64,000 nucleotides of DNA, from NCBI GenBank assembly GCA_963700175.1, contig CAVOWN010000015.1, positions 275,475 through 339,474 of the forward strand, given 5' to 3'. This DNA is from Terriglobales bacterium (lineage in GTDB: Bacteria; Acidobacteriota; Terriglobia; Terriglobales; Acidobacteriaceae). Made by a program: the position numbers and the translations under genes. Of this stretch, positions 16,752-26,729 are shown piece after piece. The first letter of the stretch is position 1; every line of letters begins with the position of its first letter. The notes beneath the pieces are model-generated. The model did no database searches, was not told the origin of the DNA, and saw only the letters and a program-made list of their open reading frames with translations.

Positions 16752-18092
16752 TTACTTTGAAGGGGCTGCTGCCGCAGGCTTGAGGCCATCCGCAGCGGTT
16801 TGCAACGCCTTGATCGGGTCATCGTCGATCCAGTAGAGCGCAGTGTCACCTTCGCGCTTGGCAATGTAATCCTCGCCCGATTTCGCCATTGATATTTTCT
16901 CGACTCGCTTGCCTTTGCCGGAAGTGACGACGATCTCTATCGTGGGCGACGTGAATCCGGTGGTGACAAACTTTGTCGCGGAGAGGTCGCGGACCGCGGA
17001 TAGCAAAGTATCGGCGGTATCTGGGTCCAACTTCTTGCCGTCGGCGCCCCACCAGTCTTCCCCACCCTTAGTGAGAAAATACTTCTTGCCACCGCTTTGA
17101 AGTTCTATTTTGTCAGGATCGTCGAAGCCAAAATCGAAAAGCTTTTTGTTTCGGAAGGTATCGACGTCTTTGTCCAGCGATTCAGGGAGGTCGGCGGCGA
17201 TTTTGTAGACTCCTGCTATGACGCTCGATTTCGCGTAGTAGGTGTCTTTGTTCCTGCGGAGTTCGAGTTGCTGCGTCCCGTTGGGTTCGGTGATCTTGGC
17301 GACAACTATAGGAGAACCGGCGGAAAAAGCAGCGGCCGTTTTACTCGGGTCGGCGTCGGTGCCGCTTAAGTCCATTTGGGCTTGTGCCAACTTCCTCACG
17401 AGTTGGTCGACGCCATAATCATCGGCGCGAGCGGGAACGGGTTTCAGTATCTGCCATTCGTCTTTACTGCGACCAAAAACGATATTTTCTTTCTTCCTAA
17501 GAAGCTCGACCTGGCTGATCTTTTCCGGACTCGCAGACAGCAAGCGCTTATCGCGAAGGTCGTTAGGGGTTTTGTCGAGGCTGGTCCTTTGGAAGCTGGC
17601 AACCAGGTAAATCTCGGGACTATCGCCAATCTTGGCGTACAGGCTGTTCCCGGTGGGGGCCTCGTCGCCGAGAAGAAATTGGTGCGTTTTTCCGGACTTC
17701 TCAGTCATGTCGATCTCAAACGGGGGTGCGCTCAACCCGTATTGGTCGAGATTTGTTGCCTTCTGCTCCACCACGCGCTGCGAAGTGAAAGTTGAAAAAG
17801 TTCCCAGCAAGCTGATCACCGCGCTCTGGTCGATAGGCAACGGCTGCGGAGCAGTCATCTGCCATTTTCCGGAGCCATCGCGCTGCAAGGACACCTCGGC
17901 TGCGCCCTTCCTTTTCAGGTCGAACTTTACTATGTCGGCTTCTTTGAGCGAGAAAATCGTCGGTCCGGCCTCCGACTCGGCGTCGGCTGGATTCTTGGCT
18001 TTGTCCGCTTCGGGATGCTTATTTGACCAGTAGAGCGCGCCCGAAAGGGCCGCAAGAATCACGCCAGCAACAATCAAACCACGCAGTTTCAT
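16752..18092 (-). CDS. DUF4340-like protein, N-terminally membrane anchored (446 aa)
   Basis: It has a single N-terminal TM segment (LIVAGVILAALSGALYW) and repeated beta-rich modules. It is the last gene of the GldA/F/G-like ABC operon, the usual position of DUF4340. Confidence 0.6.
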   Translation of the reverse strand: MKLRGLIVAGVILAALSGALYWSNKHPEADKAKNPADAESEAGPTIFSLKEADIVKFDLKRKGAAEVSLQRDGSGKWQMTAPQPLPIDQSAVISLLGTFSTFTSQRVVEQKATNLDQYGLSAPPFEIDMTEKSGKTHQFLLGDEAPTGNSLYAKIGDSPEIYLVASFQRTSLDKTPNDLRDKRLLSASPEKISQVELLRKKENIVFGRSKDEWQILKPVPARADDYGVDQLVRKLAQAQMDLSGTDADPSKTAAAFSAGSPIVVAKITEPNGTQQLELRRNKDTYYAKSSVIAGVYKIAADLPESLDKDVDTFRNKKLFDFGFDDPDKIELQSGGKKYFLTKGGEDWWGADGKKLDPDTADTLLSAVRDLSATKFVTTGFTSPTIEIVVTSGKGKRVEKISMAKSGEDYIAKREGDTALYWIDDDPIKALQTAADGLKPAAAAPSK

Positions 18093-18124
18093 CTTCAGGA
18101 TTTCCTAACGTCGCGACGATTCGC

Positions 18125-19501
18125 CTATCTTCTTTTCCACCACACGGAGAAACCTAGAAAGACCACCGCCATGGGCAGCAGAAATTGACTGACACTTCGT
18201 ACCATGGACAATTGGCTGCGCGTCATCGTAAGTTTGCGTTCATCCGGCGCCTTGGGACGAATCGAGATAAGGTCCTCGGCCGAAGCCAGCCAGTCAACCG
18301 CATTGAGCGCCAGGTCGCTGTTCCCGTTGAAGGGAAGGAAGGAATTCGCGGCCCACGATGAACTGCCCACCACGACAAACCGCCCTTGCGAATCTTGCTT
18401 GCCGGTGTTGTATGTGCCGGCAGCAGCGATGGTCAAAGGGCCTTTCTTGTTATTCGGATCGCCGGTATTGACCGAAGCGGAGCTTAGGTTCGTCGTCGCC
18501 ATGCTGCTGGCAGATGAACTGAACAAGGCTTGCGGCGTCGCCTTGTCACCGGCCTTGATTTCCAAAGAGCGGGCCAGCGGAAATCCGGTGGCGGTGCCTT
18601 TGAGTTCGCTCACGATGGGATGCGACTCGTAGCTTGAAACCAGCGTCACCGTAGGGCCAACTCCCAAAAGTTGGCCCATGGGATTGAGGTCAAGCACCAG
18701 GTCCTTTTGCGGCGTGACGCCCCAGCTTTGCAGAAGAGCGGTGAAAGCAGAATTGTCGGAGGTTTCGGATTTCCCGATTTTCAACGGAGGATCGACCATG
18801 ACGAGCGCGCGGCCGCCGTCTTCCACGTATTGTTTGATGGCATCTACTTCCGGCTGCTGATAGTCATGGGTGGGGCCGGCAATGATCAACACCGTGCAAT
18901 CCGGCGGCACCGCGGCACTCTGGAGCAGATCGATAGACTTGGTCTCGTAATTTTCTTTGGTCAACATGCCCCTAAATTGCGAATAGCCGGTGCGACCGGA
19001 ATCGTCAATTTGATGCTCACCGCTGCCAGAGGCGAAGCAAGCCGTGCGGGTGGTTTGCTTCAAATCGCGGATGAAGGCGCCGGTGATTCCCTCTTCCGTC
19101 ATGCTCTTGGCTTCTTCTTTCTTGTCTCCAATTTGAACGATGGCAGTCCCGTAATTCTTGATGCCGGCCTCGCGCGCTTCCTGGGGCTTCTTATCGGGAT
19201 CCACGTACTCGATGTGGACCCTGGAGGAAAGATTTGTGTATTGATCGAGCAGGTCGTGCGCGTGCAGAAACCGCGAGGCCTGATCGAAATAAGCGATGGT
19301 TGCGTCTTGTTTCAATCCCTTCACGACTTTGGCGGTCTGTTCGGAGAGGCTGTAGCGCTTGTTCGCGGTTGCGTCAAAAGACTTGTCGTGGCGATTGGCA
19401 AGCACATTCACAATGGCGAGCGCCGCGATTACCACAAGAATGTAGACCGTGGCGTAGGCGGTATATTTCGTCTGTCGGGCTTGCAGCAACTTCGTATTCA
19501 C
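18125..19501 (-). CDS. GldG-like ABC transporter auxiliary component (ABC_transp_aux family)
   Basis: It has N- and C-terminal TM anchors flanking a large extracytoplasmic domain. It abuts the ABC-2 permease gene directly (19501/19502). Confidence 0.7.
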   Translation of the reverse strand: MNTKLLQARQTKYTAYATVYILVVIAALAIVNVLANRHDKSFDATANKRYSLSEQTAKVVKGLKQDATIAYFDQASRFLHAHDLLDQYTNLSSRVHIEYVDPDKKPQEAREAGIKNYGTAIVQIGDKKEEAKSMTEEGITGAFIRDLKQTTRTACFASGSGEHQIDDSGRTGYSQFRGMLTKENYETKSIDLLQSAAVPPDCTVLIIAGPTHDYQQPEVDAIKQYVEDGGRALVMVDPPLKIGKSETSDNSAFTALLQSWGVTPQKDLVLDLNPMGQLLGVGPTVTLVSSYESHPIVSELKGTATGFPLARSLEIKAGDKATPQALFSSSASSMATTNLSSASVNTGDPNNKKGPLTIAAAGTYNTGKQDSQGRFVVVGSSSWAANSFLPFNGNSDLALNAVDWLASAEDLISIRPKAPDERKLTMTRSQLSMVRSVSQFLLPMAVVFLGFSVWWKRR

Positions 19502-20272
19502 TTACGACCTCCAGCGCAGAGATTCCATGGACCGGGCTGTCAGGAAGAGTCCAAAGAAAATCAGCGATAAGTAGAAGATTGCGTCTTTGACATCGAGCAC
19601 GCCTTTGGCAAACGATTCAAAGTGCGTGACTACGGAGAGATAAGCGAGAACCTGCGCCCAGGTTGCGGTTTCGGACCCACTGATCCATTCCAAGACCCAG
19701 AGCAGCAAACATACGCCGAAGGTGACGGCCCCCGCGATGATCTGGTTCTTGGTCAAAGTTGAGATGAAGATACCAATCGCCAGCAAAGCTCCCGCTTGCA
19801 GCAGCAGGCCCAGGTATCCGATGGCCAAGGGCTTCCAGTCAGGATTGCCGTACTTGAACAGAAAGGCAAAATTCAGGGCGGTGAAAAGCAGCATGCAAGC
19901 ATAAAGAGTAAGCGCGGCCAGCCACTTGCCGAGAATGATCTCAATATCGCGGACCGGCGAAGTTGTAAGCAGTTCGATGGTACCGGTGCGCTTTTCTTCA
20001 GCAAACAAGCGCATGGTAATCATGGGAATAAAGAAGAGGCCGATCACGCCGGCGTTTGAGAGCAACGGACGAATGACCTCCTCGTTTAGATTCATGGGCG
20101 TCGACTGGCCACGCATCTGCATTTCCATGCCATAGACCACGAAATTGGCGAGCATGATCCAGAAGAAATATCCGAAGATGAGCGCAAACATGGCCAACAG
20201 GATGTAGGCGATGGGCGATACAAAATAGCTGCTCAGCTCTTTGCGGCAGATCGTCCAAATATTCCGCATCAC
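19502..20272 (-). CDS. ABC-2 type transporter permease (GldF-like)
   Basis: It is a polytopic membrane protein of 256 aa with about 6 hydrophobic segments. It overlaps the ATPase gene by 4 nt. Confidence 0.8.
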   Translation of the reverse strand: MMRNIWTICRKELSSYFVSPIAYILLAMFALIFGYFFWIMLANFVVYGMEMQMRGQSTPMNLNEEVIRPLLSNAGVIGLFFIPMITMRLFAEEKRTGTIELLTTSPVRDIEIILGKWLAALTLYACMLLFTALNFAFLFKYGNPDWKPLAIGYLGLLLQAGALLAIGIFISTLTKNQIIAGAVTFGVCLLLWVLEWISGSETATWAQVLAYLSVVTHFESFAKGVLDVKDAIFYLSLIFFGLFLTARSMESLRWRS

Positions 20273-21252
20273 TGGACTCCTTTCACGGCGATCTCTTGTG
20301 GTTCGCCCGGTTGCTTGCCGGTGAGTTGCAAGAAGACCTCTTCCAGGCTCATGGCCGAAGATCGAAGTTCATTCAGGTCCCATCCAGCTTGCACAACCGC
20401 GCGCGCCAGGTCTCCGCGCACGAAGCCTTTTTGGCCTTCAATCTCAAGCGTAGTTCCGGTAGGACGGACCTGCCGCAAAGTGACCTGGCTGATGCCTCCG
20501 ACCTGCCGCAACCGGTTCTGAACTTCGGTGGCGTCTAAGGCGCCATTGCGTCCGGCGATTTCGATGACCATCGATTCCGCGCCACGCGCTCGCTTTTGAA
20601 GGTTTTCGACGGAGTCGGTCGTGACCAGCTTACCTTTGTTGATGATGACAACCTGTTGGCAGGTCTGCTCGACCTCAGGCAGGATGTGCGTGCTGAGAAT
20701 AATGGTATGGTCGCCGGCCAGACCTTTGATCAGATCGCGGGTTTCATTGATCTGTTTCGGATCAAGTCCGGCAGTTGGCTCGTCAAGAATCAGCACCTCG
20801 GGGTTGTGAATAATCGCTTGCGCAAGCCCCACCCGCTGCCGATATCCCTTGGACAGCTTTCCTAGAAGCTTGTTCTTTACATCGGCCACCGAGCAGCGCT
20901 CGCAAACGTAATCCACACGTTTGCGCAATTCCGGCCCGGAGAGTCCCTTGAGCTTACCGACATAGGTCAAATACTCAGAGGTTTCCATTTCCGGATAGAG
21001 CGGCGGCGTCTCCGGCAAATAGCCGATGCGTTTCTTGACTTCGAGAGGCTGTTCCAGCACGTCGAATCCGGCGACGGTCGCGGTCCCCGAACTCGGTGGC
21101 ATGAAGCAGGTCAACATCCGCATGGTCGTGGTCTTGCCGGCGCCGTTGGGGCCCAGAAATCCGACGATCTGCCCGCGCTGGACCTCGAAAGAGACATGAT
21201 CGACAGCGGTATTACGAGCGTATCTCTTGGTAAGCTCTTGAACGGTAATCAT
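20269..21252 (-). CDS. ABC transporter ATP-binding protein (GldA-like)
   Basis: It has Walker A GPNGAGKTT, the ABC signature LSKGYRQR and Walker B LILDEPTAGLD. Confidence 0.9.
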   Translation of the reverse strand: MITVQELTKRYARNTAVDHVSFEVQRGQIVGFLGPNGAGKTTTMRMLTCFMPPSSGTATVAGFDVLEQPLEVKKRIGYLPETPPLYPEMETSEYLTYVGKLKGLSGPELRKRVDYVCERCSVADVKNKLLGKLSKGYRQRVGLAQAIIHNPEVLILDEPTAGLDPKQINETRDLIKGLAGDHTIILSTHILPEVEQTCQQVVIINKGKLVTTDSVENLQKRARGAESMVIEIAGRNGALDATEVQNRLRQVGGISQVTLRQVRPTGTTLEIEGQKGFVRGDLARAVVQAGWDLNELRSSAMSLEEVFLQLTGKQPGEPQEIAVKGVQ

Positions 21253-21401
21253 AAATTTTTCTTAAGGGAAGAAAGGTAACAACCCACACATTACGATGCG
21301 TTCCGTCCTTGTGCGCAATATCGCTTGAGGTTAACTCTCTATGTTAGAAATCTGAAGGAAGCATGTCAAACGCGTGAGCCCCGGTTCTAGAGAGGAAATC
21401 G

Positions 21402-22373
21402 ATGAACTATCGCAGGTTTGGCCGCACAGATTTTCAGGTCAGTGACATTGCCCACGGCTTGTGGGGCATGAGTGGATGGCCCGATTCCGACGATCGCCAG
21501 TCGTTGGAAGCGTTACAGCTTGCGGTGGATATGGGCTGCAATTTCTTCGATACCGCCTGGGCATACGGCGACGGCCGAAGCGACGGCTTGCTCGGCCAGA
21601 TCCTGGCCCAAAACCGAGGGCGACGGCTGTATGCGGCGTCTAAGGTGCCTCCGATGAATCGCCGGTGGCCTGCGTCGCCGCAGGACAAGTACGCGGACGC
21701 CTTTCCGGCAGGGCATGTTTTTGAGCACGCGAAGCTGATCCGCGAAAAACTCGGTGTCGATTGCATCGATCTTCTTCAATTTCACGTTTGGGATGATAGC
21801 TGGACGGACGAGCCTGAATTCCGCGAAACCGTGGAACGATTAAAGAGCGAAGGATGGATTCGTTTCTTCGGACTGAGCTTGAACCGGTGGGAGCCGGAAA
21901 ACGGAATCAAGGCCATCCGAACCGGGCTGGTGGACGCCGTGCAGGTGATCTATAACGTTTTCGACCAGTCTCCGGAAGATAAGCTTTTAGCGGTCTGCCG
22001 GGAGTTTGATGTGGGCGTTATCGCCCGGGTTCCGCTCGATGAAGGCAGCTTAGGCGGAAGACTAACGCTGGACACGAAATTTGCGTGGGATGACTGGCGC
22101 GCCAAGTACTTTGGTCCAGAAAACTTGACGCAGACGGTGGAGCGGGTAGAAAGATTGAAGGCCGGCCTTCCAGCGGGAATGAGCCTGCCGGAGCTGGCCC
22201 TGCGCTTTATTCTATCGAATCCGGTGGTCAGTACGACGATTGCTGGGATGCGAAAGGTGGACCACGTCCGGCAAAATCTGGCGATCAGCGATGCCGGGCC
22301 TTTGGATGCCGTTTTGTTGCAGAAACTGAAAGGCCACCGCTGGGACCGTACTCCGCAACCGTGGTCTGACTGA
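21402..22373 (+). CDS. aldo/keto reductase family oxidoreductase
   Basis: AKR motifs are present: FFDTAWAYGDGRSD, LLQFHVWD and GVIARVPLDEGSL. The length is 323 aa. Confidence 0.85.
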   Translation: MNYRRFGRTDFQVSDIAHGLWGMSGWPDSDDRQSLEALQLAVDMGCNFFDTAWAYGDGRSDGLLGQILAQNRGRRLYAASKVPPMNRRWPASPQDKYADAFPAGHVFEHAKLIREKLGVDCIDLLQFHVWDDSWTDEPEFRETVERLKSEGWIRFFGLSLNRWEPENGIKAIRTGLVDAVQVIYNVFDQSPEDKLLAVCREFDVGVIARVPLDEGSLGGRLTLDTKFAWDDWRAKYFGPENLTQTVERVERLKAGLPAGMSLPELALRFILSNPVVSTTIAGMRKVDHVRQNLAISDAGPLDAVLLQKLKGHRWDRTPQPWSD

Positions 22374-22394
22374 GCGAACGGCGCCTGTAGCGCA

Positions 22395-22592
22395 TCAGGC
22401 AGCAGGTGCTTGGTCATCCACGGTGTGCAGCGGATCAGTCGCGATTCGGCTTACCTTGCAAATCTCGTCGGCAACCTTGGCTGCAGCTTCTCCGCGATTG
22501 GCTTGGGCTGACATTACCGAGCTTGCCGCCAAAGTGAAGTGCAAAGCATCCTGCTCCGAGTCGAAATAAAGGACCACCTGACTTGCCGACAT
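22395..22592 (-). CDS. hypothetical small protein (65 aa)
   Basis: This is an ORF only, with no recognisable motif. It lies convergent to the AKR gene. Confidence 0.25.
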   Translation of the reverse strand: MSASQVVLYFDSEQDALHFTLAASSVMSAQANRGEAAAKVADEICKVSRIATDPLHTVDDQAPAA

Positions 22593-22833
22593 AGACTACC
22601 CCGTAGAAAAGGATTCGTTCTCTGGAGCATAGGACGAACCGCGGCCATTTTTAGGTGTCTTTCTTGGTACGGCGTCACTCGGAAGGGCAATTCATCTGAG
22701 AGTCCTACAGGATTTTCTGTAGGGCGATTTTTCGAAGTCGCGAAAGACGGGTTTCGAACGGCCAACCTTTATTACTGCGCTGACCCACCACGACTTAGAC
22801 GTGGCATTGGTTTTGCTCATCCAAGTCCCGCGA

Positions 22834-23202
22834 ATGAAGACACTGGGCATTTTGGGTTGGCTGCTGATGGCGGGAGTTGCGGTTGCGCAGGATGGCGGCC
22901 GCTCCCCACTATTCACTTCGGACTTGATTGCCTGGAGCAGCATGTTCGACCCACAACCCTTACCGCAGACCGCGGGAGCGCAGGGCTCGGACACTTCGAC
23001 GAACCCGCCCACGAAAAGTTTTTCGGGGACCATCTTGAAGCATGGCCAGGATTACTTTCTGCACATCTCCTCTTCGACTTCTTACCAGCTCGATCACCCA
23101 GAGGTTGCCCGCCTGTACGAGGGCAGGCAGGTTCTGGTGTTGGGAGCACTGGATGCTGTGGGAAGGCAGATCCGGATCCGGAAAATCGTGCCCGTGTTCT
23201 GA
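22834..23202 (+). CDS. hypothetical secreted protein (122 aa)
   Basis: The ATG at 22834 gives a clean signal peptide, MKTLGILGWLLMAGVAVAQ. No known domain is recognised. Confidence 0.45.
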   Translation: MKTLGILGWLLMAGVAVAQDGGRSPLFTSDLIAWSSMFDPQPLPQTAGAQGSDTSTNPPTKSFSGTILKHGQDYFLHISSSTSYQLDHPEVARLYEGRQVLVLGALDAVGRQIRIRKIVPVF

Positions 23203-23341
23203 CAAACCCGGTCGTCCTCCATGGGCCGGTTAACCACGGGCCTTTCCCCTGATGCGCCACCTCCAAGTCCGAAGCCGCAATGGCCTGTCAGTGAGCGTCA
23301 TCACAATGGGTGCGGCCTGAAGATGTTAAATTTAATGATTC

Positions 23342-24388
23342 ATGTCTGCCCCTAATTCACGCTTCGTAAGAGCTTGCAAGGCGCAACCGGTCGACCGGAC
23401 ACCAGTTTGGTTCATGCGCCAAGCCGGCCGCTATATGGCCGAGTATCGCGCGGTTCGCAAACAGTACTCGCTTATCGAGATCTGCAAAAAACCGGCGGTC
23501 GCGGCGGAAGTGACAATCACGGCCGCCGAGTTTCTTGGCGTCGATGCCGCCATTATCTTCGCCGACCTGTTGCTGCCTTTGGAAGTGATGGGTCTGCCGT
23601 TTCATTTCACCGCAGGAGAGGGTCCGGTCATTGAGAAGCCGGTCCGCAGCAAAGAAGACATCGATCAGCTTCGCGTCGACCGCGCCTCTGAACTGGGATA
23701 TGTGGCTGAAGCGGTCGGCCTGGTGGCGAAACACTTTGGCGCTAAGCTCCCGGTGATCGGATTCTGCGGCGCGCCGTTTACCCTAGCCAGCTACATGATT
23801 GAAGGCGGTGGCTCGCGGAATTACGTTCACGCCAAGAAAATGATGTACTCGTCTCCTGCGGCATGGGACCAGCTGCTCAGAAAGCTGGTGGCAGTCACCT
23901 CCGCGTACGCCACAGAACAGGCGAGAGCCGGTGCGGACGCGATCCAGGTTTTCGATAGCTGGGTTGGATGTTTAAGCGTGGACGACTACCGCCGCTACGT
24001 GTTGCCGCGCACTACCGAACTGGTGAAATCCTTGCAAAAGAGCACCGGAGTCCCGATCATTTATTTCGGCACCGATAGTTCGACGTTGTTGCCGTCGATG
24101 CAGGAAACGGGAGCCGAGGTGATCGGCCTCGACTGGCGCATTCCGCTGGACGACGGCTGGCGAACCTTAGGGTTGAAAGGCGCCGTGCAGGGAAATCTTG
24201 ATCCGGTTGTCTTGTTCGCTGACTGGAAGACGGTGAAGGCGCGCTCCGAAGACATCTTGCTCCGCGCCGCTGCCCGCCCTGGACATATTTTTAACTTGGG
24301 CCACGGAATTTTACCCGAGACCCCGGTGGACAACGTGAGAGACTTGGCGAAGTTCGTGCAAGAATACTCGGCGGTAACGAAAAAGTGA
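23342..24388 (+). CDS. hemE: uroporphyrinogen decarboxylase
   Basis: The N-terminal motif PVWFMRQAGRYMAEYR is diagnostic of HemE. The length is 348 aa. Confidence 0.92.
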   Translation: MSAPNSRFVRACKAQPVDRTPVWFMRQAGRYMAEYRAVRKQYSLIEICKKPAVAAEVTITAAEFLGVDAAIIFADLLLPLEVMGLPFHFTAGEGPVIEKPVRSKEDIDQLRVDRASELGYVAEAVGLVAKHFGAKLPVIGFCGAPFTLASYMIEGGGSRNYVHAKKMMYSSPAAWDQLLRKLVAVTSAYATEQARAGADAIQVFDSWVGCLSVDDYRRYVLPRTTELVKSLQKSTGVPIIYFGTDSSTLLPSMQETGAEVIGLDWRIPLDDGWRTLGLKGAVQGNLDPVVLFADWKTVKARSEDILLRAAARPGHIFNLGHGILPETPVDNVRDLAKFVQEYSAVTKK

Positions 24389-25305
24389 TCGATCCATCCA
24401 GTTCGGGCAAGAATGCCGTATTGTTACTGGCGCACGGCAGCCCCGCCGCGGTTGAAGATATTCCAGAGTTTCTGCTTCAAGTTACAAACGGGCGGGCGCT
24501 TCCCGACGCAGTCGTCAAAGAAGTACAACATCGCTATAGCTTGATTGGTGCATCCCCGCTGACTTGTTGGAGCTTTGAGCAACGCGATCTCCTCGCCGGT
24601 GAGTTGGGAATTCCGGTCTACGTTGGCATGAGGAATTGGAAGCCTTTCATCAAAGAAGCACTTCTGGCAATGGCAGGCGACGGTATCGAACATGCCGTTG
24701 TGATTTGCCTGGCCCCGCAGAACTCCCGTACCAGTGTCGGTCTTTACCGCTCCGCGCTGACGGCCAATGGGCCGTCCTGCACATTTGATTTTGTGGAATC
24801 CTGGCACGATCATCCGAAGCTGATTCAGGCCTTTGCCGAGAAATTACGAACCCGGCTCCCGATAGCCGAGCGGGAAATGGGCGACAAGCTACCGATCATT
24901 TTCACTGCGCATAGCGTTCCGCAACGAACAATCTCGGAAGGCGATCCCTATGAGATACAGGCCCGTGAGACCGCCGCGCTGGTTGCAAAGCAAGTTGGAT
25001 TGAAGCCTGGCGATTGGGTCTTCGCTTTTCAGAGCCAAGGGATGTCAGGCGGCGCGTGGCTCGGACCCACTGTGGAAGATACGATCCTGGAGCTGAAAGC
25101 GAAGGGTCATCGCGGCGTTTTTATCCAGACCATCGGCTTTCTGTGCGATCACGTCGAAATTCTCTATGACATCGATATCGGATTCAAGCAATTCACCGAA
25201 AAGCAAGGCATGCGTTTGTGGCGAACGGAATCTCTGAATAGCTCATCCCTGCTTACGCAAGCTTTGGCCAACATTGCGAGTGCCCGGCTGCTGAAAGCCG
25301 CATGA
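24385..25305 (+). CDS. hemH: ferrochelatase (protoporphyrin or coproporphyrin ferrochelatase)
   Basis: It has a ferrochelatase fold, with LLLAHGSP near the N-terminus and HSVP ... FQSQ ... motifs. The GTG start overlaps the hemE stop. There is no C-terminal Cys-cluster extension. Confidence 0.88.
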   Translation: MIDPSSSGKNAVLLLAHGSPAAVEDIPEFLLQVTNGRALPDAVVKEVQHRYSLIGASPLTCWSFEQRDLLAGELGIPVYVGMRNWKPFIKEALLAMAGDGIEHAVVICLAPQNSRTSVGLYRSALTANGPSCTFDFVESWHDHPKLIQAFAEKLRTRLPIAEREMGDKLPIIFTAHSVPQRTISEGDPYEIQARETAALVAKQVGLKPGDWVFAFQSQGMSGGAWLGPTVEDTILELKAKGHRGVFIQTIGFLCDHVEILYDIDIGFKQFTEKQGMRLWRTESLNSSSLLTQALANIASARLLKAA

Positions 25306-26729
25306 AACGGATTGCCATCATCGGGGGCGGCATCTCGGGGCTGTCCGCCGCATACGCTTTGGAAAAACAACGAGGCGCCGGGTCGGCAATCTGGTACGAA
25401 CTCTTCGAATCCAGCCCTCGCCTTGGCGGCGTATTGGTCACCGATCAGGTTGATGGATGCCAAATCGAGGCTGGCCCCGATTCGTTCCTCACGGAGAAAC
25501 CGTGGGCCAGCGATTTATGTCGCGAGCTTGGCCTGGGCGATCAACTGGTCGGTTCCAACGATGCCGATCGAAAAACTTACATTCTGGTCAAAGGACGGCT
25601 GGTCGAAATTCCCGACGGGCTCATGTTCATGGTCCCCACCAAGATCTTGCCGACGCTATTGTCGCCGCTATTTTCGCCAGCGACTAAATTAAAGATGGCG
25701 CAGGAGTGGTTTCATCCGCCGCGAAAAGGCGAAGCAGACGAAACAGTCGCTTCGTTGGTGGAGAGGCACTACGGTGCGGAAATGGTTGACCGTTTGGCCG
25801 ATCCGTTACTGTCTGGCGTCTATGGCGGGGAAGCAACCCAACTCAGCGTGCGCGCCGTACTACCTCGCTTCGCCGAGATGGAGGCCAAGTACGGTAGCCT
25901 AGGACGTGCCATGCTCGCCGCACGCCGTAAGACCCCGCAAGCCACCAAGGGCGCCGCACGACCGCTGTTCACATCGCTGAAGGGCGGGATGCAGCAGATG
26001 GTGGACACCATTGTTTCCAGATTGCCCGGCTCCGTACTCCACACTGGCACGCCGGTCCAAGCAATCCAACAACGAGATGGCGGATGGCTGGTCTCCGCCG
26101 GCTTTCACTCTGATCACTTTGACGCGGTTATTGTCGCCGTCCCAACGCCAGTCGCCTCGGGGCTGATTCGAATGACCGTTCCCGAACTTGCCACCGAGCT
26201 TGACGGCGTCGATTACACCTCTTCAGTCACGATGAATCTGGGTTACGATGGCAGCCTGCGCTCTGCGCTGCCACCGGGCTTCGGATTTCTGGTTCCGCGC
26301 AGCGAAGGCAAGCGCATGATGGCAGCTACATTTGTGCACAACAAGTTTCCGCACCGCGCTTCGGTACAGCGTGCGCTTTTGCGATGTTTCATCGGAGGCG
26401 CTCGCAACGAAGCCTTAATGCAGGCTCCCGACGAGGAAATTGTGAGGGTGATCTGTGACGAACTTCGGCAAATTATTGGATTGAAGGCCGAGCCTCTGTT
26501 CACACGTATTTACCGATGGAATGGCGCGATGGCCCAGTACCGCGTGGGCCATCTGGAACGCTTGCAGCGGATCGATCAACTGCTGGCCGGCCTTCCCGGC
26601 CTTGCTTTGGCCGGTAACGGATACCGCGGAATCGGTGTTCCCGACTGCGTTCGCTCTGGCACGGAAGCATCCAGGAAGTGCCTAACTGCGGTTGGATTGG
26701 ACGTCGAGAAACTCCCGACTAGCACCTAA
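25302..26729 (+). CDS. hemY: FAD-dependent protoporphyrinogen/coproporphyrinogen III oxidase (HemY family)
   Basis: It has the N-terminal dinucleotide fold IAIIGGGISGLSAAY and the expected length of 475 aa. The start overlaps the hemH stop as ATGA. Confidence 0.85.
   Translation: MKRIAIIGGGISGLSAAYALEKQRGAGSAIWYELFESSPRLGGVLVTDQVDGCQIEAGPDSFLTEKPWASDLCRELGLGDQLVGSNDADRKTYILVKGRLVEIPDGLMFMVPTKILPTLLSPLFSPATKLKMAQEWFHPPRKGEADETVASLVERHYGAEMVDRLADPLLSGVYGGEATQLSVRAVLPRFAEMEAKYGSLGRAMLAARRKTPQATKGAARPLFTSLKGGMQQMVDTIVSRLPGSVLHTGTPVQAIQQRDGGWLVSAGFHSDHFDAVIVAVPTPVASGLIRMTVPELATELDGVDYTSSVTMNLGYDGSLRSALPPGFGFLVPRSEGKRMMAATFVHNKFPHRASVQRALLRCFIGGARNEALMQAPDEEIVRVICDELRQIIGLKAEPLFTRIYRWNGAMAQYRVGHLERLQRIDQLLAGLPGLALAGNGYRGIGVPDCVRSGTEASRKCLTAVGLDVEKLPTST

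Noticed and set aside
18671-19570. 299-aa ORF on the plus strand, one of several very long ORFs listed opposite well-supported genes. Others include 57515..58393, 39918..40904, 31776..32540, 2226..2870, 44541..45269, 13152..13907, 14574..15248, 22539..23252 and 54468..55154.
   Set aside because: Each lies antisense to a gene with clear family motifs (GldG, FliI, SulP/Tdh, bactofilin, the anti-sigma, Def, E1 beta, the M24 hydrolase and the ligase). Their translations are Arg/Gly/Pro/His-rich low-complexity sequences typical of stop-poor antisense frames in GC-rich DNA. No motifs are recognisable in them.
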